Origin: Selaginella moellendorffii
Lineage: Eukaryota; Plantae; Lycopodiophyta
Direction of reading: 5' to 3'
Assembly (NCBI RefSeq): GCF_000143415.4
Contig: NW_003314263.1
Coordinates: 1,056,165 to 1,120,164 of the forward strand
Length of the DNA stretch: 64,000 nucleotides
Part shown: piece after piece, positions 60,802 to 64,000 of the stretch
Layout: the number at the start of each line of letters is the position of its first letter
How positions within the stretch are numbered: position 1 is the first letter of the stretch
Notes under the pieces: model-generated
Databases searched by the model: none
The model's input: the letters and a program-made list of their open reading frames with translations, nothing else
What the model was told of the DNA's origin: nothing
Position numbers and translations under genes: made by a program

Positions 60802-61695
60802 ATGAATTATTATATATTTCTATTTTCCCTATTCTTGAGCATTAATACAGTTTTAACTTCTTATACATATAATGGCCAAAATGCCATGGAAAGTGATAGT
60901 ATTGAATTAATTTTATATGCAATGGAATTAATGATTAATAACATCTCTTCAGAACCTTTACCTAAAGGTCAAGGTATGCAATTTGAATATACTATACAAG
61001 ATAATACTCATGGTCTATTAACTATTACAAATCAATTATGGGTTTATGATACCAAGGGAAAAAAATTTGATACATGTGCTTTAAATCCAAATGAATATGA
61101 ACAAGATCATGGTGATAATGTTAAATATCGGTTAAATTTTATATTAAATTTATATCGTTATGATATAAGAAGATTACGTGCAAGTTATTTTCGGGCTGTT
61201 ATTGGTTTTTATTGTGTTGAATATCTTTTAAAGAATTTTCGACAAAATTTACTATATCAATTTCAAAATATCAATAAAATAGATAAATTAACTGATTGTG
61301 AAATAAAAATAACGACACTAATTAGTAATATACCAGATAATGCTCTTAGACCTACTCAATTTTTAACATCACCAAATAAAAAAGCTTTATTGTATTTGCA
61401 TTTGAACTGTATTTTATCATTATATATACAAAATGTTTTAAAATGGTATAGAGGGTTTCAAAGTTATCAAAATTGTTTATTTATTATTGAAGATGATGGA
61501 AATATAGTGTTATATTCTGAAAAGAAATATATAGTTTGGTCTCCAAAAATTAATTTTGATAATTCACATAGTTATTTTATAAAATTTATTTCACTTCAAG
61601 ATGATTGTAATTTAGTTCTTTATGAATCTCATCAAAAAGTTATTTCAAGGCATCCAGTAATTAAACCAAAATGGGATTCACAAACACATTGTTAA
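60802..61695 (+). CDS. B-lectin fusion protein copy 4 (divergent, intact, 297 aa, intronless)
   Basis: Signal peptide; shares LP.G, LTI, C.LN.N and IR..RASYF with copies 1-3; lectin motifs EDDGNIVLY and QDDCNLVLY. Confidence 0.8.
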   Translation: MNYYIFLFSLFLSINTVLTSYTYNGQNAMESDSIELILYAMELMINNISSEPLPKGQGMQFEYTIQDNTHGLLTITNQLWVYDTKGKKFDTCALNPNEYEQDHGDNVKYRLNFILNLYRYDIRRLRASYFRAVIGFYCVEYLLKNFRQNLLYQFQNINKIDKLTDCEIKITTLISNIPDNALRPTQFLTSPNKKALLYLHLNCILSLYIQNVLKWYRGFQSYQNCLFIIEDDGNIVLYSEKKYIVWSPKINFDNSHSYFIKFISLQDDCNLVLYESHQKVISRHPVIKPKWDSQTHC

Positions 61696-62050
61696 TATTT
61701 TTATATGCTATAGTATATATTGAAATATTTAATTAATAATTGTTCTCTCATAAATTTTATCCTCTAAAATAATCTATGTTAATTTTAACCTTCTTCTTTT
61801 CAAGTAATTCCATTTGGAGCATAAGTAAATTAAATCAACACTTCTATTGTACTTAGTTTAAAATAATTTAGTATTTTTGCAAAATGTAAAAGATTCTTTT
61901 TAAATTTCTATTATATATTAATAAAAATTATAACGTAAAGTTAAAAAATAATTTTAAGCTATTTTTATTAATAAATATTTAATGAATAATTACAAAAAAT
62001 TATATTGCAGGAACACTTGGTTTACTTGATTGTCTATTATAGCATATTTT

Positions 62051-62376
62051 TGGTTTGCTTAAGCAAACGGGGACTGGGATGTTAGTGAATATACCTAGAA
62101 TATGCTTGGATATTCTAGGATATGTTACTATGTTTGTCATTCATTTGGATTAATCTTGTATTTCTAATTTATAAACATGTTTATGATTTATAAACTTGCT
62201 TAAACACTTTCTAGTATATTCTTTTTTATTCTAATGGTTGATATGCAATAATATTAATCTTGTGTTTATAAATTATAAATATATTTATAATTTCAAACTT
62301 TTATTTGATCAATTGGATTAATAAGTAGGAATAATACTACTATTAAGCAAACCAAGCATTGCTACATGCAATTTTT
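62051..62376 (+). mobile_element. Helentron-like non-autonomous element, copy C
   Basis: 5' ggtttgcttaagcaaac palindrome, 3' ttaagcaaacc + ttgc-tacat-gcaa hairpin, T-runs at both ends. Confidence 0.75.
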
Positions 62377-63699
62377 AACAAATTATTTTTTCTTATTTTA
62401 ATATTTACTTTATTATGTATTTAATATGTTTTTATATATTTTAATTTTTAATATGTATTTAATATTGTTTTTATTTTTTATTATAACATTTTTATATTAT
62501 TATTTTTCTCAATCTTAAACATACTACATTTATTATAATTTTTAAGTATATTTATTTCTATATTAATCACTCTTTGTAACCTTTATAATTGTAGTAGGTT
62601 TGGTAAAGGTGAGAACCGAGGCTGGAGAACACAAAAACTCTTGCTAACATATAATATAAACATGTGGTAGAATCAGTAGCCTATTCAAGTCTATAATCAT
62701 AACTGAAGTTGTTTCAAGAATATATATAGTTCATGAGCTCTTTCTGAATAACATATCTCCTGCCTCTGCTCGCTGAATAGCATCATTTGGGACAGCTTTT
62801 GGCAATTGAGGCCTTTAGCCAGTCTGCATGATAGTTTCCTGCAAGTAAACATGGATGAAAAACTTTTGTAAATTCCACAAAGTTCTCGGGACCAAGAAGT
62901 TCATGTCTTGAATTTATTAGAGATTTTATTAGAATTTACATGAATGATTCAAGGAAAACGAAGAGGAAAGACTTATCATCTTATCCACAACAAAAATCTT
63001 TAGGATCTAGTTGTGAATTCTAGCAGCAGGAGCAATAGCCATAGCAACAGGAATTGTCCTTTGGCTTGGACTTACCAGACATTTACTAATTGCTGACATG
63101 GCCAAGAAGCTATATGAAGATGCATTTCTCAACTCCTACTCAAACCATCTTAAAATTTCCTACTGTGACATGAATTACATGTTGTGCGTGAGAAGGCCAA
63201 TGGAAGGGCTAAGTCTTGGCCAGCTTTCTATTTCTTCTGGATTGGCCATGATCTTTAGTCTCTCTGAAACAATTGCTTTTCCAACAAGGCTTCTGATCTT
63301 CTTATGTTCATATCAAGTATTGAGGATGAGTTTCACATAAAACAAGTCACTTGCAGATTGAGTGATCAGCTTGTTGAAGATTGGATGGGCTTGTGTGACA
63401 GACATGTGGCTGACAACTGGCATTGCGATGGCGACTGGATATGCAGTGAGAGTAACAACGACTCTAGACTCATCATAGAAATACAAACCTGAATGTTAAA
63501 ATTATGTTCCTTACAAGATGTGATTGATCCACAAATTGAGCAGTTTCCTTGAACATTCCACACCAGAGATTGAAATCCCTAGGAAAAAGTAGCTAGCAAG
63601 AAATTATCAAACACAAGAAATAATATACAAGATCTTCTGATGACACCAAATATAACTCAAAAATAAATAAAAACTTATTTTATATCTATTTGAATACAA

Positions 63700-63894
63700 G
63701 TTAAAATACAATATTTATTTTTATAAATTAAAATATGTTTATAATTTATTAGATGGAAGAATATACTAGAATATACATGGAGGTGTTTATATAGTTTATA
63801 TAGTTTATATATTATGAACATAGTTATAATTTATAAAACACAATAGACCAAATATTCAGGCATATTCTAGGCATATCCACTAGCAAACCAAAAA
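63700..63894 (-). mobile_element. Related element, partial (5' end)
   Basis: Minus strand reads tttttggtttgctagtggatatgcctagaatatgc, matching the 5' part of copies B and C. Confidence 0.55.
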
Positions 63895-64000
63895 CTATAT
63901 ACTATAAAATAAATCATGATAAAAATCATATTAATCTCATTAAACATGCCAAGATGATAAACTTACATTAGCATAAGTATACTGAGCTTTAGAAAAGCTT

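Noticed and set aside
63304-63492. CDRHVADNW resembling a MULE transposase CxxH motif
   Set aside because: Too short and lacks supporting DDE context

Overview
Eukaryotic land-plant nuclear DNA. Introns of about 50-80 nt, extreme gene packing and many PLS/DYW-class PPR genes point to a lycophyte such as Selaginella (inference). The window alternates between two compartments. (1) GC-balanced, gene-dense blocks hold recognisable genes: MSI4/FVE, DUF1191, plastid trigger factor, GH5 glucanase, a YCF37-like thylakoid protein, SNX2, five intact PPRs (two with a DYW-type deaminase), an EDS5/DTX46-like MATE, an nsLTP-like protein, LpxD and tRNA-Pro(AGG). (2) AT-rich, CpG-poor islands (about 1-8.9 kb, 29-34.4 kb and 59.6-64 kb) contain transposon debris, and each carries a member of an intronless, ~25% GC family of secreted proteins made of an unrecognised N-terminal domain plus a GNA/bulb-type mannose-binding lectin domain (4 copies). 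This family is the best candidate for an undescribed system. The 25-58 kb region is a rearrangement hotspot. It contains a triplicated PPR/tRNA-Pro/small secreted Cys-protein unit with reciprocal gene loss, a large inverted duplication, a 691-bp near-perfect hairpin of a P-loop NTPase gene, chimeric PPR-MATE-subtilase ORFs, and a ~310-bp Helentron-like (HINE/DINE-1-type) element with a visible empty site. LpxD appears to need a non-canonical GA-AG intron. All product calls come from motif recognition by eye; no searches were run.
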